DNA of 64,000 nucleotides from Rickettsiales bacterium. Lineage in GTDB: Bacteria; Pseudomonadota; Alphaproteobacteria; Rickettsiales; Anaplasmataceae. The translations under genes and the position numbers were made by a program. A model generated the notes under the pieces. It was not told the origin of the DNA, searched no databases, and saw nothing but the letters and a program-made list of their open reading frames with translations. The stretch lies in NCBI GenBank assembly GCA_031266615.1, contig JAISAR010000006.1, forward strand, positions 9,684-73,683, given 5' to 3'. Below, piece after piece: positions 18,109-29,187 of this stretch (the first letter of the stretch is position 1; each line of letters opens with the position of its first letter).

Positions 18109-19062
18109 ATGGGAATATTAATAACAGGTGCTGCAGGCTTGATAGGGTCGGCTTTAGTAGAAAAGTTAGAAAAGCAGGGCTATGAAGTAATAAGCTGTGA
18201 TATTAGGCTGCGCGACAACCCAATCAGTTTTTTTTCAAAGAATATAGTACCAATGCTTGCCAAGTGTACAGGAATTATTCATCTGGCTGCAATTTCTAGA
18301 GTTATACATGGTGAGCTTTACCCTGAATTGTGTCGAAAAGTTAATGTTGATGGTACAATACAGTTTTTAGAATTATGTAAGTCACTTCCAAATAAACCAT
18401 GGTTTATATATGCAAGTAGTAGGGAAGTGTATGGAGAGCAGAAAGAACTGCCAGTTAGAGAGTCCGCTAATATCGACCCAATAAATAATTATGCCAAGAG
18501 TAAAGCGTTTGTTGAGGAGCAAGTAACAAGTTTAAAAGATTTTAATGTAGCAATATTGCGCTTCTCAAATGTATATGGTGGTTTGCTAGATCATAATAGT
18601 AGAGTAATTCCTGCACTCTGTATTAATGCATTAAAAGGTGACCCAATTAAAATAGAAGGCAAAGAATGTGTTTTTGATTTTACCTATTTGGATGATGTTA
18701 TAGAGGGTATATGCTTAACTGTTAAATATTTACAAAGTGAAAAATCTTCTCTCCCTACTATTCATCTTACTACTAATAATCCATGTACTTTAGAAAACTT
18801 GGCAAAAATGATATTAAAAGTTACGGGAAGTGATTCTAGAATTGATTCCTATCCTCCGAGAAATTTTGACGTAACTAAGTTCCATGGTGATTTTACTAGA
18901 GCTAAAAAATTACTTGGTTGGGTTCCAGGGTATTCGCTAGAAACAGGTTTGAAACAATTTGTAGAAAACCTACGAGGTAGTACACGGAAATTTTCTAAAA
19001 ATATAGATATGGTAATATATGAAGGTATTAAAAGTTATTCATGGTTACCCTCCTTATTATAA
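18109..19062 (+). CDS. NAD-dependent epimerase/dehydratase
   Basis: ITGAAGLIG Rossmann motif, ASSREVYG, YAKSK (YxxxK), LRFSNVYG. Confidence 0.93.
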   Translation: MGILITGAAGLIGSALVEKLEKQGYEVISCDIRLRDNPISFFSKNIVPMLAKCTGIIHLAAISRVIHGELYPELCRKVNVDGTIQFLELCKSLPNKPWFIYASSREVYGEQKELPVRESANIDPINNYAKSKAFVEEQVTSLKDFNVAILRFSNVYGGLLDHNSRVIPALCINALKGDPIKIEGKECVFDFTYLDDVIEGICLTVKYLQSEKSSLPTIHLTTNNPCTLENLAKMILKVTGSDSRIDSYPPRNFDVTKFHGDFTRAKKLLGWVPGYSLETGLKQFVENLRGSTRKFSKNIDMVIYEGIKSYSWLPSLL

Positions 19063-21346
19063 CGCTGGTTCAGAGGTATACAGCCAAACCCTAGCCCATG
19101 AACTTGCTAGTAAAAATGAGGTACAAGTGTTTACTAGGCAGGAGAATGTTTTTTTGCCCAATTTTCACTATAGTACAGCGTTAGATCGTAGTCATTACGG
19201 TATCTTGCTGCATCTAATTAATGTTAAATATCGTGATAGATTCATTAGTAACGAAGTAGATACAGTATTTAAGAAAGTAGTAGATAATTTCCAGCCAGAT
19301 CTTATTCATTTTGGCCATCTTAACCATCTATCTTTAACTTTACCGGAAGTTGCCTTTAAGGATAATATACCCACAGTTTTTACACTACATGACTTTTGGT
19401 TGATGTGCCCACGAGGAAGATTCATTCAGCGCAATTCTGAGAGTTTATTACAGCTTTGTGATGGGCAAGAAGATCGAAAATGTGCAACCGAATGTTACAA
19501 GGGGTATTTTACAGGGAATGAAGAATTTCTAAGTTCAGACCTGAATTACTGGACACAATGGATTTCAACTAGAATGAAATACTCAAGAAAAATAATGGAT
19601 TATATAGATTGCTTTATTGCTCCATCAAAGTTCTTGATGAATAAGTTTATTCAAAATTTTAATATTCCAGTCAACAAAATCTCTTATCTTGATTATGGTT
19701 TTGATCTAAATCGTCTTAAAGGTAGAAATAGAGTGCAAGAGAAAGAGTTCGTTTTTGGCTATATTGGTACTCATACTCCTGAAAAGGGTGTAGATCTTTT
19801 ATTGAAAGCTTTCTCTAATTTGTTGCCTAGGGCAAAACTTAGAATTTGGGGAGCAGTAAGAGAAGAAACTAAAGCTCTAAAAACAATTGCTGACCAATTT
19901 CCACGTGCTGTTAAAGAAAGGATAGAATGGATGGGAAGTTACGATAATAAAAGTATAGTTATTGATGTATTTAATAAAGTTGATGCAATAGTTGTTCCCT
20001 CAATTTGGGGTGAAAACTCACCATTAGTTATACATGAAGCACAGCAGCTTAGAATACCAGTTATAACAGCCAATTATGGTGGCATGGCAGAATATGTAAG
20101 GGACGGAGTAAATGGGTTGTTATTTAAGCACAGAGATGCAAATAGTTTGTCAGAAAAAATGCAGGTTCTATCTACAAACCAAGAGTTATATAATAAACTG
20201 ACACAAGGAGGCTACCTATACACTGAGAATGGTAATGTACCTTCTATAAGTGAGCATACCGAACAACTTAACAAAATTTACTGTAATGCTATTGCAAGTA
20301 AGGGTAAATCAATACCCGCAAAGTCTGGTCCTTGGAGAATTACTTTTGACACTAATCCAGACTATTGTAATTTCTCCTGTATAATGTGTGAATGTTTTTC
20401 ACCATACAGTAAAGTTAAAGAGGAGAAAAAAGCCAAAGGAATAAAACCTAAGGTAATGTCAATAGAAACTATCAGAAAAGTGATTAAGGAAGCAGCTGGA
20501 ACACCTTTAAGGGAAATTATTCCTTCTACTATGGGTGAGCCTTTAATGTACAAAAGCTTTGATGAAATAATCAATTTGTGCCATGAATTCGGTCTGAAGC
20601 TTAACCTAACAACCAATGGTTCTTTTCCTATTAAAGGAGCTAAAAAGTGGGCTGAACTATTGGTACCAGTTTTATCTGATATTAAGATTTCTTGGAATGG
20701 AGCAACAAAAGAAACTCATGAGAAAATTATGAAGGGCTCAAAATGGGAAGTAGTAACAGAAAATTTAAAAATTTTTCTTGGAATTAGGGATAAGTATTTT
20801 AGTGATACAGGTGAGCGGTGTACCGTTACTTTACAATTAACATTTTTAGAAAGTAATTTACATGAACTTTATGGCATGGTTGAAATGGCTATAAAAAATG
20901 GCATAGATAGAGTGAAAGGACATCATCTTTGGGCGCATTTTACCGAAATTAAGGATCTATCTATGAGAAGAGATGAATCAGCAATCAGTAGATGGAATGC
21001 GGAAGTGAGAAGGTTATATGAACTTAGGGACAGTATGCCGTTGCCAAATGGCACAAGAATAAAATTGGAAAATTTTACGATCCTTTCTAAGGAAGGTATC
21101 AAAGATTTGGCTCCAGGTGGTCAATGCCCATTTTTAGGCAAAGAAGCATGGATAAACAATGAAGGAAAGTTTAGTCCTTGCTGTGCTCCAGATGAACTCC
21201 GTAAAACATTAGGGGATTTTGGCAACGTTAATGAAGTTAAGCTGGGGGAAATATGGCAAAGTAGTGAGTATCTAAACTTACAAAAGAATTATTTACATTA
21301 TGAATTATGCAAGACATGCAATATGAGAAAACCTTTGATCAATTAA
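19019..21346 (+). CDS. GT4 glycosyltransferase fused to radical SAM/SPASM domain
   Basis: VFTLHDFW and PSIWGENSPLVIHEA (GT-B); CNFSCIMC radical SAM motif; C-terminal CPF..PCC..CKTC SPASM cysteines. Confidence 0.92.
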   Translation: MKVLKVIHGYPPYYNAGSEVYSQTLAHELASKNEVQVFTRQENVFLPNFHYSTALDRSHYGILLHLINVKYRDRFISNEVDTVFKKVVDNFQPDLIHFGHLNHLSLTLPEVAFKDNIPTVFTLHDFWLMCPRGRFIQRNSESLLQLCDGQEDRKCATECYKGYFTGNEEFLSSDLNYWTQWISTRMKYSRKIMDYIDCFIAPSKFLMNKFIQNFNIPVNKISYLDYGFDLNRLKGRNRVQEKEFVFGYIGTHTPEKGVDLLLKAFSNLLPRAKLRIWGAVREETKALKTIADQFPRAVKERIEWMGSYDNKSIVIDVFNKVDAIVVPSIWGENSPLVIHEAQQLRIPVITANYGGMAEYVRDGVNGLLFKHRDANSLSEKMQVLSTNQELYNKLTQGGYLYTENGNVPSISEHTEQLNKIYCNAIASKGKSIPAKSGPWRITFDTNPDYCNFSCIMCECFSPYSKVKEEKKAKGIKPKVMSIETIRKVIKEAAGTPLREIIPSTMGEPLMYKSFDEIINLCHEFGLKLNLTTNGSFPIKGAKKWAELLVPVLSDIKISWNGATKETHEKIMKGSKWEVVTENLKIFLGIRDKYFSDTGERCTVTLQLTFLESNLHELYGMVEMAIKNGIDRVKGHHLWAHFTEIKDLSMRRDESAISRWNAEVRRLYELRDSMPLPNGTRIKLENFTILSKEGIKDLAPGGQCPFLGKEAWINNEGKFSPCCAPDELRKTLGDFGNVNEVKLGEIWQSSEYLNLQKNYLHYELCKTCNMRKPLIN

Positions 21347-23007
21347 TCAAGGATAATCAATATCTTAAATCTATTAAAGTTTCATCGTGTGAAATGTTTC
21401 ACGAGTTACTAGGAAATCCTTTATATGAAAATAGGTTTATAAAGGTTGGCAAATTTCATGAGCCTGGCCTTGCACCAGTTTATGATGAGACAGGCGCTTA
21501 TCATATCAATGTAAGGGGAGAAGCAGTTTATCACAACAGATTTCTAAAAACTTTTGGATTCTACTGCAACAGAGCAGCTGTAGAAGATGATACAGGGTAT
21601 TATCACATTGATCCATCTGGATGTAAGGCATACAAACAGCTCTACCAGTGGGTTGGAAACTATCAGGAAGATATTTGTGTAGTTAGAAGATATGATAAAT
21701 GTTTTCATATTAATTTAAATGGCGATAGGATTTATCAGGAGGAATATGATTATGTTGGGGATTTTAAGGATGGTATTGCTGTGGTTTACAAAGATGGTAA
21801 AGCTACACACATCGATAATCATGGCAAACTATTGCATAACAAGTGGTATAAGAAACTTAACGTTTTCCACAAAGGATATTCTATAGCGGAAGATCAGCAT
21901 GGTTGGTTTCATATAGATGTCAACGGCAATCCTGTCTACCAGCAAAGGTTTAAAATGGTCGACGCGTTCTATAATAGTATGGCAAAAGTTGAAACTTTTG
22001 AGGGTACACTAGGGCAGATCGATATTACCGGAAACATAAAATTTAGTATTTTTACTTTAGATGAAAAGTCTCAAGTAAACCAAGAATCTCAAGTACATAA
22101 GATCTCAGCAGAACTTTCGGCTTTTTGGAAAACTTATCTAACAAATGCTGCTATTGAACTTGGTTTGCTAAGTGTCTTACCAGCAACTACCCAAGTTCTA
22201 TCTCAAAGGTTAAGCATTACAGTCCCAAACCTGGAAAGGCTGCTAAGGGCATTGTGGGAAATAGAGTTTGTCTACTACGATAAGAATCAGTGCTTATGGC
22301 AACTATCGTCAAAAGGTAAGTGCTTTAAGGAAATACCATTTTTGCCCCAAGCAGCGGTAATGTGGGCAAGAGTTGCTGCTGAAAAGAATTGGCTAAAAAT
22401 TACCGATATATTAAGGCAAGAACAGATACCTTCATTTAAATCTTTCAAGGAGAAAGAAACATCAGAAGATATGCAGGCAGCATTTTATCAGGCATTGCTA
22501 GGATATTCCATATTCGACACTAAAAAGTTTAATTCCATGGTTGATATGAGTGGTGCTAAGAATATATTGCTATTTGGTGTACACTCTTTATTTCTTGCTT
22601 ATTCTGATATACACAATAAAGGTTCTATAGGCCTATATAACGAACATAAAGTACCAAGGCAGGTAGTAGAAAATTTAAAAGTCAAACTTATAACTCAGGA
22701 AGAACTATCAGCTACAAATTATGAATTAGGTGTCTTTTGCCGCTTTCTGCAGCATTATGATGATAGTAAAGTACTATCTTATTTAAAATTGGTCAAAGGA
22801 ATATCTCGTATTTTATTGATAGAAACTATTTTAGATTACCGCTCTCCAGCTGGAGGCTCTGTAGATATTAATGTAATGGTTGAAACAGGAGGTAAACTAA
22901 GAACATTGAGCGATTGGGAAAAAATACTAAAACAAGTAAAAGGATTCAAAATTTTTGCTGTTGTACCTTTAACAGATTACTTATCAGTTATTGATGTCAG
23001 GTGTTAA
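21307..23007 (+). CDS. WG-repeat protein with O-methyltransferase-like C-terminal domain
   Basis: Repeated YHIDxxG..Y..xGxFxxGxAxV units; C-terminal FLQHYDD..ILLIE..GGKLRTLSDW. The SAM-binding glycine motif looks degenerate. Confidence 0.75.
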   Translation: MQDMQYEKTFDQLIKDNQYLKSIKVSSCEMFHELLGNPLYENRFIKVGKFHEPGLAPVYDETGAYHINVRGEAVYHNRFLKTFGFYCNRAAVEDDTGYYHIDPSGCKAYKQLYQWVGNYQEDICVVRRYDKCFHINLNGDRIYQEEYDYVGDFKDGIAVVYKDGKATHIDNHGKLLHNKWYKKLNVFHKGYSIAEDQHGWFHIDVNGNPVYQQRFKMVDAFYNSMAKVETFEGTLGQIDITGNIKFSIFTLDEKSQVNQESQVHKISAELSAFWKTYLTNAAIELGLLSVLPATTQVLSQRLSITVPNLERLLRALWEIEFVYYDKNQCLWQLSSKGKCFKEIPFLPQAAVMWARVAAEKNWLKITDILRQEQIPSFKSFKEKETSEDMQAAFYQALLGYSIFDTKKFNSMVDMSGAKNILLFGVHSLFLAYSDIHNKGSIGLYNEHKVPRQVVENLKVKLITQEELSATNYELGVFCRFLQHYDDSKVLSYLKLVKGISRILLIETILDYRSPAGGSVDINVMVETGGKLRTLSDWEKILKQVKGFKIFAVVPLTDYLSVIDVRC

Positions 23008-23011
23008 TTAT

Positions 23012-24001
23012 ATGGAAATACTACAAAAAAATGGTTTTTTTATTATCAAAAATCTGGTTCCTTTAGAGCTAATAACTCAGTCTTTAAGTGATATCACAAA
23101 TAAGATATCGAAATTATCTCAAGAATTAGGTGTTTCAACTTCTGACTATTTAAACTGCACTGGAAGGTGGGGCACATCATCTCAGGTAACTAAAATTGTG
23201 TCTCAAGTATTAGATAAAATTATCAAAAATCATCTTGAAAAGTCACTTCAGTGTCAGACACTACAGAAGAAATCAAATGTTATATGCAAGACTGCTGATT
23301 TAATAGATGCAGTTCCCTTTCATCAGGACATCTCCTATAGTTTTAATGATCCTTACCATTTTTCTGTTTGGTTAGCTTTGAATAATGTCAGTGAAACTTC
23401 AGGTGCACTGCAAATTATAGAAAACAGTCACAAATGGGAAATACAACCTTTAGTTGATTTTTGGTATCCATATTTTTTTGATCAGTACTCAGATAACCGA
23501 GAAAATTATAAAATTAAGTCATTACCTATTTTAGCAGGAGATGCAATAGTTTTTGATTCGCGGTTGTGGCATGGTAGTGATAAGAATATAGATGCTAAAG
23601 ATAGATTTGCTTATGTGACAAGGTGGGTTGTAAAAGATCAAAATCTTCCCTGTGTGCCAAAACCTCAGCCTTCGGTTTTTGGTATACTAAATTGTGGCAA
23701 GTTGACAGAATCCATACTGAGAGAATGCTTATCGTTATTTGGCTACCAGAAAAGTATAAAAGCAAAAAACATGGAAGAACTTATTAAGAGCTGGTTGGCT
23801 TTTCTTGCAGACACAACTACAAGTATTCCTGAAATTAACACTGCTGACGCTAAGCGAGATTTATATAAGCTACTTATTCTGAATCAAGCGTCAACACTAC
23901 ACGATGCTGGAGACATATCAGGAAAAATATACAAAAATTTATGGTTTTCACTACTTGTATTTCTCAACAAAAAAGTCAACGTAGTGGAGCTAGCATTATA
24001 A
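23012..24001 (+). CDS. Phytanoyl-CoA dioxygenase (PhyH) family 2OG-Fe(II) oxygenase
   Basis: PFHQD (HxD), LWHGS distal His and downstream Arg; start placed at MEILQ. Confidence 0.88.
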   Translation: MEILQKNGFFIIKNLVPLELITQSLSDITNKISKLSQELGVSTSDYLNCTGRWGTSSQVTKIVSQVLDKIIKNHLEKSLQCQTLQKKSNVICKTADLIDAVPFHQDISYSFNDPYHFSVWLALNNVSETSGALQIIENSHKWEIQPLVDFWYPYFFDQYSDNRENYKIKSLPILAGDAIVFDSRLWHGSDKNIDAKDRFAYVTRWVVKDQNLPCVPKPQPSVFGILNCGKLTESILRECLSLFGYQKSIKAKNMEELIKSWLAFLADTTTSIPEINTADAKRDLYKLLILNQASTLHDAGDISGKIYKNLWFSLLVFLNKKVNVVELAL

Positions 24002-25795
24002 ATGAATAGAAGCAGAGTTGATAGCTTCAAATGTGTATTGATGTTCATTTTGAATATAGTATCTAAATTCAAGCTTAACGTACTTATAATGTCTCTAGTT
24101 GCTCTAGTGGTAGCTGTTGATTTATCTTTTAGAAAGTATTTAGTAAAAAATATTCTAGATACAGCTGTAAAATATCAGGAAGGTAATGTAATAGAAAATC
24201 TTTTATTACCTGTAAGTGCCTATATTCTTATGGCGTTACTCATCACTACTGCTTTCAGGTTTTATAGCTACTTTGTTGATATAAGAATGTTTACTTTGCT
24301 GCGTCAAAAAATAGCTGACATGTCTTTTTATAGACTACTTCAACAAGACCATTCCTATTACCAGAACAATTTATCTGGAAGTTTAGTATATAAGGTCAGT
24401 AACTTAATGGATAGTGTGATAGAGTTAATAAGGTTGCTTATAGATTGTTTCTTCAGTTATAGTATAGCATTAATTTTAGCTATTTACACATTATCACTAG
24501 TAAATATAAAGTTTGCAATCGCCACATTCACTTGGGTAAGCATTTTTATTTTAACTTCGATTTTCAGCTTTCGTATACTTACTGGATTAGCTGATAATTA
24601 TTCTAAACAAAGTTCACAAGTAATAGCTAGTATAGCAGATAGTATTTTAAATGTTATATCAGTAAGGTTATTTACTCAGCAAGCACATGAGAGACGCAAA
24701 TTTTTTCAAGTATGCAAGAAAAGGACTATTGCAGAGAGAAAATTACAATGGGCATACTTTTGGCTTTGGTTTATATATGGCTATTCGTTTGACATACTAC
24801 AAGCAGTGAATTTGTATTTTTTAATCCATGATTATCAATTGAACAGAATTGCAATAGGAGATATTGCTCTTGTGCTTGGAATTAATATATCCATTGTAGA
24901 GTTCCTTAACCATCTAACTAGGAATCTCACCCAATTTTCTGCTCACTTTGGCAAAGTTTTAAACGCACTGCCAATCTTGACTACTGCGCCAGAAATTCAA
25001 GATAAGAAAAATGCTAAGGAATTAAATTTATTAAGTGGAAGAATAACGTTTAATAATGTCACTTTTTCTTATGAAGGTCAGGAGTCATTATTCCAAGATT
25101 TTTCAGTTACCATTAATCCTTGCGAAAAGGTAGGTCTAGTTGGTTATTCTGGAAGTGGTAAATCTACTTTTATAAATCTAATCTTAAGGCTATTTGACGT
25201 TAAAAAAGGTGACATACAGATTGATAGTCAAGTAGTGTCAGAAGTTACACAGAGTTCTCTGAGGCAACAGATATCCGTAATACCTCAAGATTCTTTGTTA
25301 TTTCATGATACTATTTTAGCAAACATTATGTACGGTAAACTTCAATCTACTATCAAAGAAATAATGAGAGCCGCCAATCTGGCTGGTATTCATGATTTCA
25401 TTATGACTCTACCTGATCAATATGAAACTATAGTCGGAGAGAAAGGCATAAAGTTATCTGGAGGAGAAAGACAAAGAATAATCATAGCAAGAGCATTTCT
25501 AAAAAATGCTCCTATATTACTTCTCGATGAGCCAACTAGTCAGTTAGACTCCATAACAGAAAAGACAATTCAAATGAGTTTATTCAAGTTAATGGAAAAT
25601 AAAACTACCATTATTATAGCACACCGTATTTCTACACTTTTACACATGGACCGAATTCTGGTATTTGATAAAGGAAAAATTGTTCAAGATGGAAAACACA
25701 CTGAACTGGTTTCTAGGCAAGGTCTTTACAAAGAATTTTGGGATGCTCAAGTTGGCTGTTTGAATGGCAAAAAGGAAGATGGAAAAATTTATTGA
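24002..25795 (+). CDS. ABC exporter, fused permease/ATP-binding protein
   Basis: N-terminal TM helices; GYSGSGKST, LSGGERQR, LLLDE and AHR motifs. Confidence 0.95.
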   Translation: MNRSRVDSFKCVLMFILNIVSKFKLNVLIMSLVALVVAVDLSFRKYLVKNILDTAVKYQEGNVIENLLLPVSAYILMALLITTAFRFYSYFVDIRMFTLLRQKIADMSFYRLLQQDHSYYQNNLSGSLVYKVSNLMDSVIELIRLLIDCFFSYSIALILAIYTLSLVNIKFAIATFTWVSIFILTSIFSFRILTGLADNYSKQSSQVIASIADSILNVISVRLFTQQAHERRKFFQVCKKRTIAERKLQWAYFWLWFIYGYSFDILQAVNLYFLIHDYQLNRIAIGDIALVLGINISIVEFLNHLTRNLTQFSAHFGKVLNALPILTTAPEIQDKKNAKELNLLSGRITFNNVTFSYEGQESLFQDFSVTINPCEKVGLVGYSGSGKSTFINLILRLFDVKKGDIQIDSQVVSEVTQSSLRQQISVIPQDSLLFHDTILANIMYGKLQSTIKEIMRAANLAGIHDFIMTLPDQYETIVGEKGIKLSGGERQRIIIARAFLKNAPILLLDEPTSQLDSITEKTIQMSLFKLMENKTTIIIAHRISTLLHMDRILVFDKGKIVQDGKHTELVSRQGLYKEFWDAQVGCLNGKKEDGKIY

Positions 25796-26828
25796 TCTAA
25801 GAAGTGACACTACAACCTTACAAAGCTCCAACGTTGTACATGCAATAAGTAACGCGACTGTTGGAGATTTTGCTTACGGTGAAGACAAAAGCTGTAATGA
25901 CTTATTGGAACATTGTAAACAGCTATTCAAAGTAGAAGAAGCATTATTCTTAACCAGCGGTATGCTTGCAAATAGGCTAGCTATTGCCAGTCAAACGAGT
26001 CCTGGTGATGAACTAATAACTCACTATAATTATCATATTAATTTTTTTGATAGTGCAGGCAATGCAAAAGTAAATAATATAGTGTTCAACTGTATTAGGA
26101 ATAGTAGTGGAATCTTAGATGTTGATGAAGTAGAATATACTATTAATTCTAAGCCAAGATATAAAATTTTTGCTCAGGTGAGTCTAGTTTCTATAGAAAA
26201 TAGTATCAACGGATTTAATGGTAAAATTTATCCTTTTGAGAAGCAAATTGAACTATATCACTTTCTAAAAACTTACAATATAAATCTTCATTTAGATGGT
26301 GCAAGAATATTTAATGCTCATGTCGAAACAAATATTGCTTTAGCAGATTATGCTAAGTATGTGGATACAATGAGCTTTTCTTTTACCAAAGGACTTGGAG
26401 CTCCTTTTGGTTCAGTGCTTATGGGCAGGAGAGATATAATTGAAAAGGCTAAAAAGTTACAGGTTTGGTTAGGTAGTGGTTATCATCAAATAGGGTACTA
26501 TGCTAATGCAGGAAAGTATGTACTACAAAATAATATTTCTAGGCTTAAAGAAGACAACAAGCTCGCTAAATTGTTTGCAGATATGATTAAGGAAATTCCA
26601 TATATAGAACTGATACTGCCTTATCCGGAAACTAATATAGTAAGCTTTAGTATAAAAGAGCTAAATGTAACTAATGAGTTTTTTTTGAGCAAGTGCCAAG
26701 CTTATGGTTTACTACTCTTTCCTTGGCTCGAATTTCATATAAGAGCAGTTACCCACCTTGGCATAAAGGAAACAGATATCATAAAAGCTGCTGAAATTAT
26801 AAAAAAGGTTGTGTTAAATTTAGTATGA
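25779..26828 (+). CDS. Low-specificity L-threonine aldolase family (copy 1)
   Basis: IDLRSDT, HLDGAR and SFTKGLGAP (PLP lysine). Confidence 0.9.
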   Translation: MEKFIDLRSDTTTLQSSNVVHAISNATVGDFAYGEDKSCNDLLEHCKQLFKVEEALFLTSGMLANRLAIASQTSPGDELITHYNYHINFFDSAGNAKVNNIVFNCIRNSSGILDVDEVEYTINSKPRYKIFAQVSLVSIENSINGFNGKIYPFEKQIELYHFLKTYNINLHLDGARIFNAHVETNIALADYAKYVDTMSFSFTKGLGAPFGSVLMGRRDIIEKAKKLQVWLGSGYHQIGYYANAGKYVLQNNISRLKEDNKLAKLFADMIKEIPYIELILPYPETNIVSFSIKELNVTNEFFLSKCQAYGLLLFPWLEFHIRAVTHLGIKETDIIKAAEIIKKVVLNLV

Positions 26829-27883
26829 GAGTAAAAATAGATTTCTTTAGCGATTCAAACACTGATCCTTCAGCTGAAATGAGGGAAGCAATGGTTAAAG
26901 CAAAAGTTGGAAATGAAGCTGCATGTGAAGATCCAACTGTGAACGAATTAGTAGCAACCACATGTGAAATATTAGGTAAGCCGGCAGGAATATTTTTGAT
27001 TTCAGGAACGATGTGCAATGTAATTGCTTATAAAGTACACATTCAAAGACCAGGTGATTACTTGGTACTTGATGAAACCTCGCACCCGTTAATAGTACAA
27101 TCTGGCTTAATAGCAGCTCAGGCACATGCCACTCCTTTACCCATCAAAGGGACAAGGGGAATATTTACTAGAGAGCAAATTGTTGAGTTTATCACTCGTC
27201 CTAGTTTAAGAAATGTTCCAAGAGTTGGGCTTGTTTCTATTGAACAAACGACGAATTTTGGTGGTGGAGCTGTGTGGCCTTTAGAATATATCCAAGAAAT
27301 CTCAAGTCTCTGCAAAAAGAATGACGTATTTACTCATTTAGATGGTGCAAGGCTGTTCAATGCTTGTGCTTATACTAAAGTATCCCCAAAAGAGTATGCA
27401 AGCCATTTTGATTCAGTGTTTATTGATTTTAGTAAAGGATTAGGTGCTCCAATGGGTGCAGTATTGGTTGGAAGTGAAGAGTTTATTGAAAAAGCTTGGT
27501 ACTATAAGTTTCAAATTGGTGGAGGTATGCACCAAGCCGGTATTATTTCAGCTGCATGCTTGTATGCTCTCGATAACAACGTGAACTCTTTAGTAGAAGA
27601 TCATAAAAAGATGCGGTATCTTATAGAAGGCCTAAGCTCTATAGATCAAATCGTAATAGATAATGATTTATATAAGACTAATATAGCTTATTTTTCATTA
27701 CGTAATGGTGGTACATCTGTTCAGAAATTAATAGAAGCACTAATAATGAATTATAGCATTAGAGTGGCTAATATAAGAGGTAGAATAAGAGTTATAACGC
27801 ATAGAGATATAAGCTATGATGATATTGATGTTACTCTTTCTGCCATAAAGGAAATACTAAATACCCATAATTCTATGCATTAA
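26825..27883 (+). CDS. Low-specificity L-threonine aldolase family (copy 2)
   Basis: DFFSDSNT, HLDGARLFNA and DFSKGLGAP. Confidence 0.92.
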   Translation: MRVKIDFFSDSNTDPSAEMREAMVKAKVGNEAACEDPTVNELVATTCEILGKPAGIFLISGTMCNVIAYKVHIQRPGDYLVLDETSHPLIVQSGLIAAQAHATPLPIKGTRGIFTREQIVEFITRPSLRNVPRVGLVSIEQTTNFGGGAVWPLEYIQEISSLCKKNDVFTHLDGARLFNACAYTKVSPKEYASHFDSVFIDFSKGLGAPMGAVLVGSEEFIEKAWYYKFQIGGGMHQAGIISAACLYALDNNVNSLVEDHKKMRYLIEGLSSIDQIVIDNDLYKTNIAYFSLRNGGTSVQKLIEALIMNYSIRVANIRGRIRVITHRDISYDDIDVTLSAIKEILNTHNSMH

Positions 27884-27973
27884 TTACTTGCAAACTTCTC
27901 ATAAAACCATATTATACTACTATCCTAGTTATGGTATTGTTTGCTATAACTAAATAGCTGTTGGAGAACAGGT

Positions 27974-29185
27974 ATGAACCCTATCTTCTTTCAATATTTG
28001 CTATTCTTTTTTGGATATGTGCTACTTTATTTATCAAGACAAAGTATACCGATTGCTCTGCCACTGTTGACAGATACTGGACACACAAACTATGTGAAAT
28101 TAAGCTATTTTTTTGCTTGCTTTTCTTTTTTTTACGGAATATCAAAATTCATCAACGGAATAGTCATGGACTCCAGAAATAATCCATTATTTATGTTTGG
28201 GTTATGCAATGTTGCAACTGGGTCATTAACCATGGGTATAATTTTATTATATAATAACTTAACCTTATTATTATTAACATTAATATTATTAGCTTGGGCA
28301 CGAGGAGTAGGTTGGCCAGCTATTACAAAGTTTATGGTTACAAACTCCAGCATCTCTTCAATCGCATCATCGTGGGGGGTTATGAGTGCGTCTCAGCAAC
28401 TCGGTTCTTGTATTACTCTGATTGCGTTACCAAGCATAATTAAAATGTATGGTGCAAAAAGTGCATTTTTGTATTCTGGTCTCTTATGCTTACTCTTCGG
28501 AATTTATATAATATTAAAAGCATATTACAGAGAAAATACCTCTCTTACTATCTACAAAGTGCAGAAACTTCAAATCAGTATTAAGGTGACAAGTTCCATA
28601 TGGTTTCTATGTTGTGCCACTTTTTGTGCTTATATTATAAAAATGGGAATCTTTTTTTGGTTCCCTATAGTTTTAAAAGACGAATTACAAATTTCTCTTG
28701 TGCAATCCTCACTAATAACAGGTGCGTATGACTTGGGTGGGATCCTTGGAACTTTAGTCACAGGAAAGATTAGTGATATGTATTTCTTTCGAAATAGAAG
28801 CCTGCTAGCATTACTTTATATGCTGGGTATAGCACTTATTTTCGCTACAATGAACTTTTGTCACAACATAACTCTTATAAGTTTTGGCGCAACCTTATCA
28901 GGATTTTTTATATTTGGAGTACAAGTATTAACAGGTGTTATAGCTGTAGAAATTGCTTCACAAAATAATGTATGTGCACTTGTAAGCTTAACAGGATTGT
29001 TTGGGTATATTGCAAGTTCAATATTTTCATGTGTGATTTTAGGAGTACTTGTTAAACACTGTGGTAATAGCATTATGTTCTCATTTTTTTTCATTTCCTC
29101 TGTTACTGCACTCGTTTGCTTTTCCATATTATCAAGCAGAAGCCTTAAAAAATTGAGTAAAGTTGGTGTGGGAAACGTTTCTTAA
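27974..29185 (+). CDS. MFS transporter, GlpT/UhpT (organophosphate:Pi antiporter) family
   Basis: YLSRQS, YGISKFINGIVMD, GVGWP and GKISD motifs; about 12 hydrophobic segments. Confidence 0.88.
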   Translation: MNPIFFQYLLFFFGYVLLYLSRQSIPIALPLLTDTGHTNYVKLSYFFACFSFFYGISKFINGIVMDSRNNPLFMFGLCNVATGSLTMGIILLYNNLTLLLLTLILLAWARGVGWPAITKFMVTNSSISSIASSWGVMSASQQLGSCITLIALPSIIKMYGAKSAFLYSGLLCLLFGIYIILKAYYRENTSLTIYKVQKLQISIKVTSSIWFLCCATFCAYIIKMGIFFWFPIVLKDELQISLVQSSLITGAYDLGGILGTLVTGKISDMYFFRNRSLLALLYMLGIALIFATMNFCHNITLISFGATLSGFFIFGVQVLTGVIAVEIASQNNVCALVSLTGLFGYIASSIFSCVILGVLVKHCGNSIMFSFFFISSVTALVCFSILSSRSLKKLSKVGVGNVS

Positions 29186-29187
29186 CA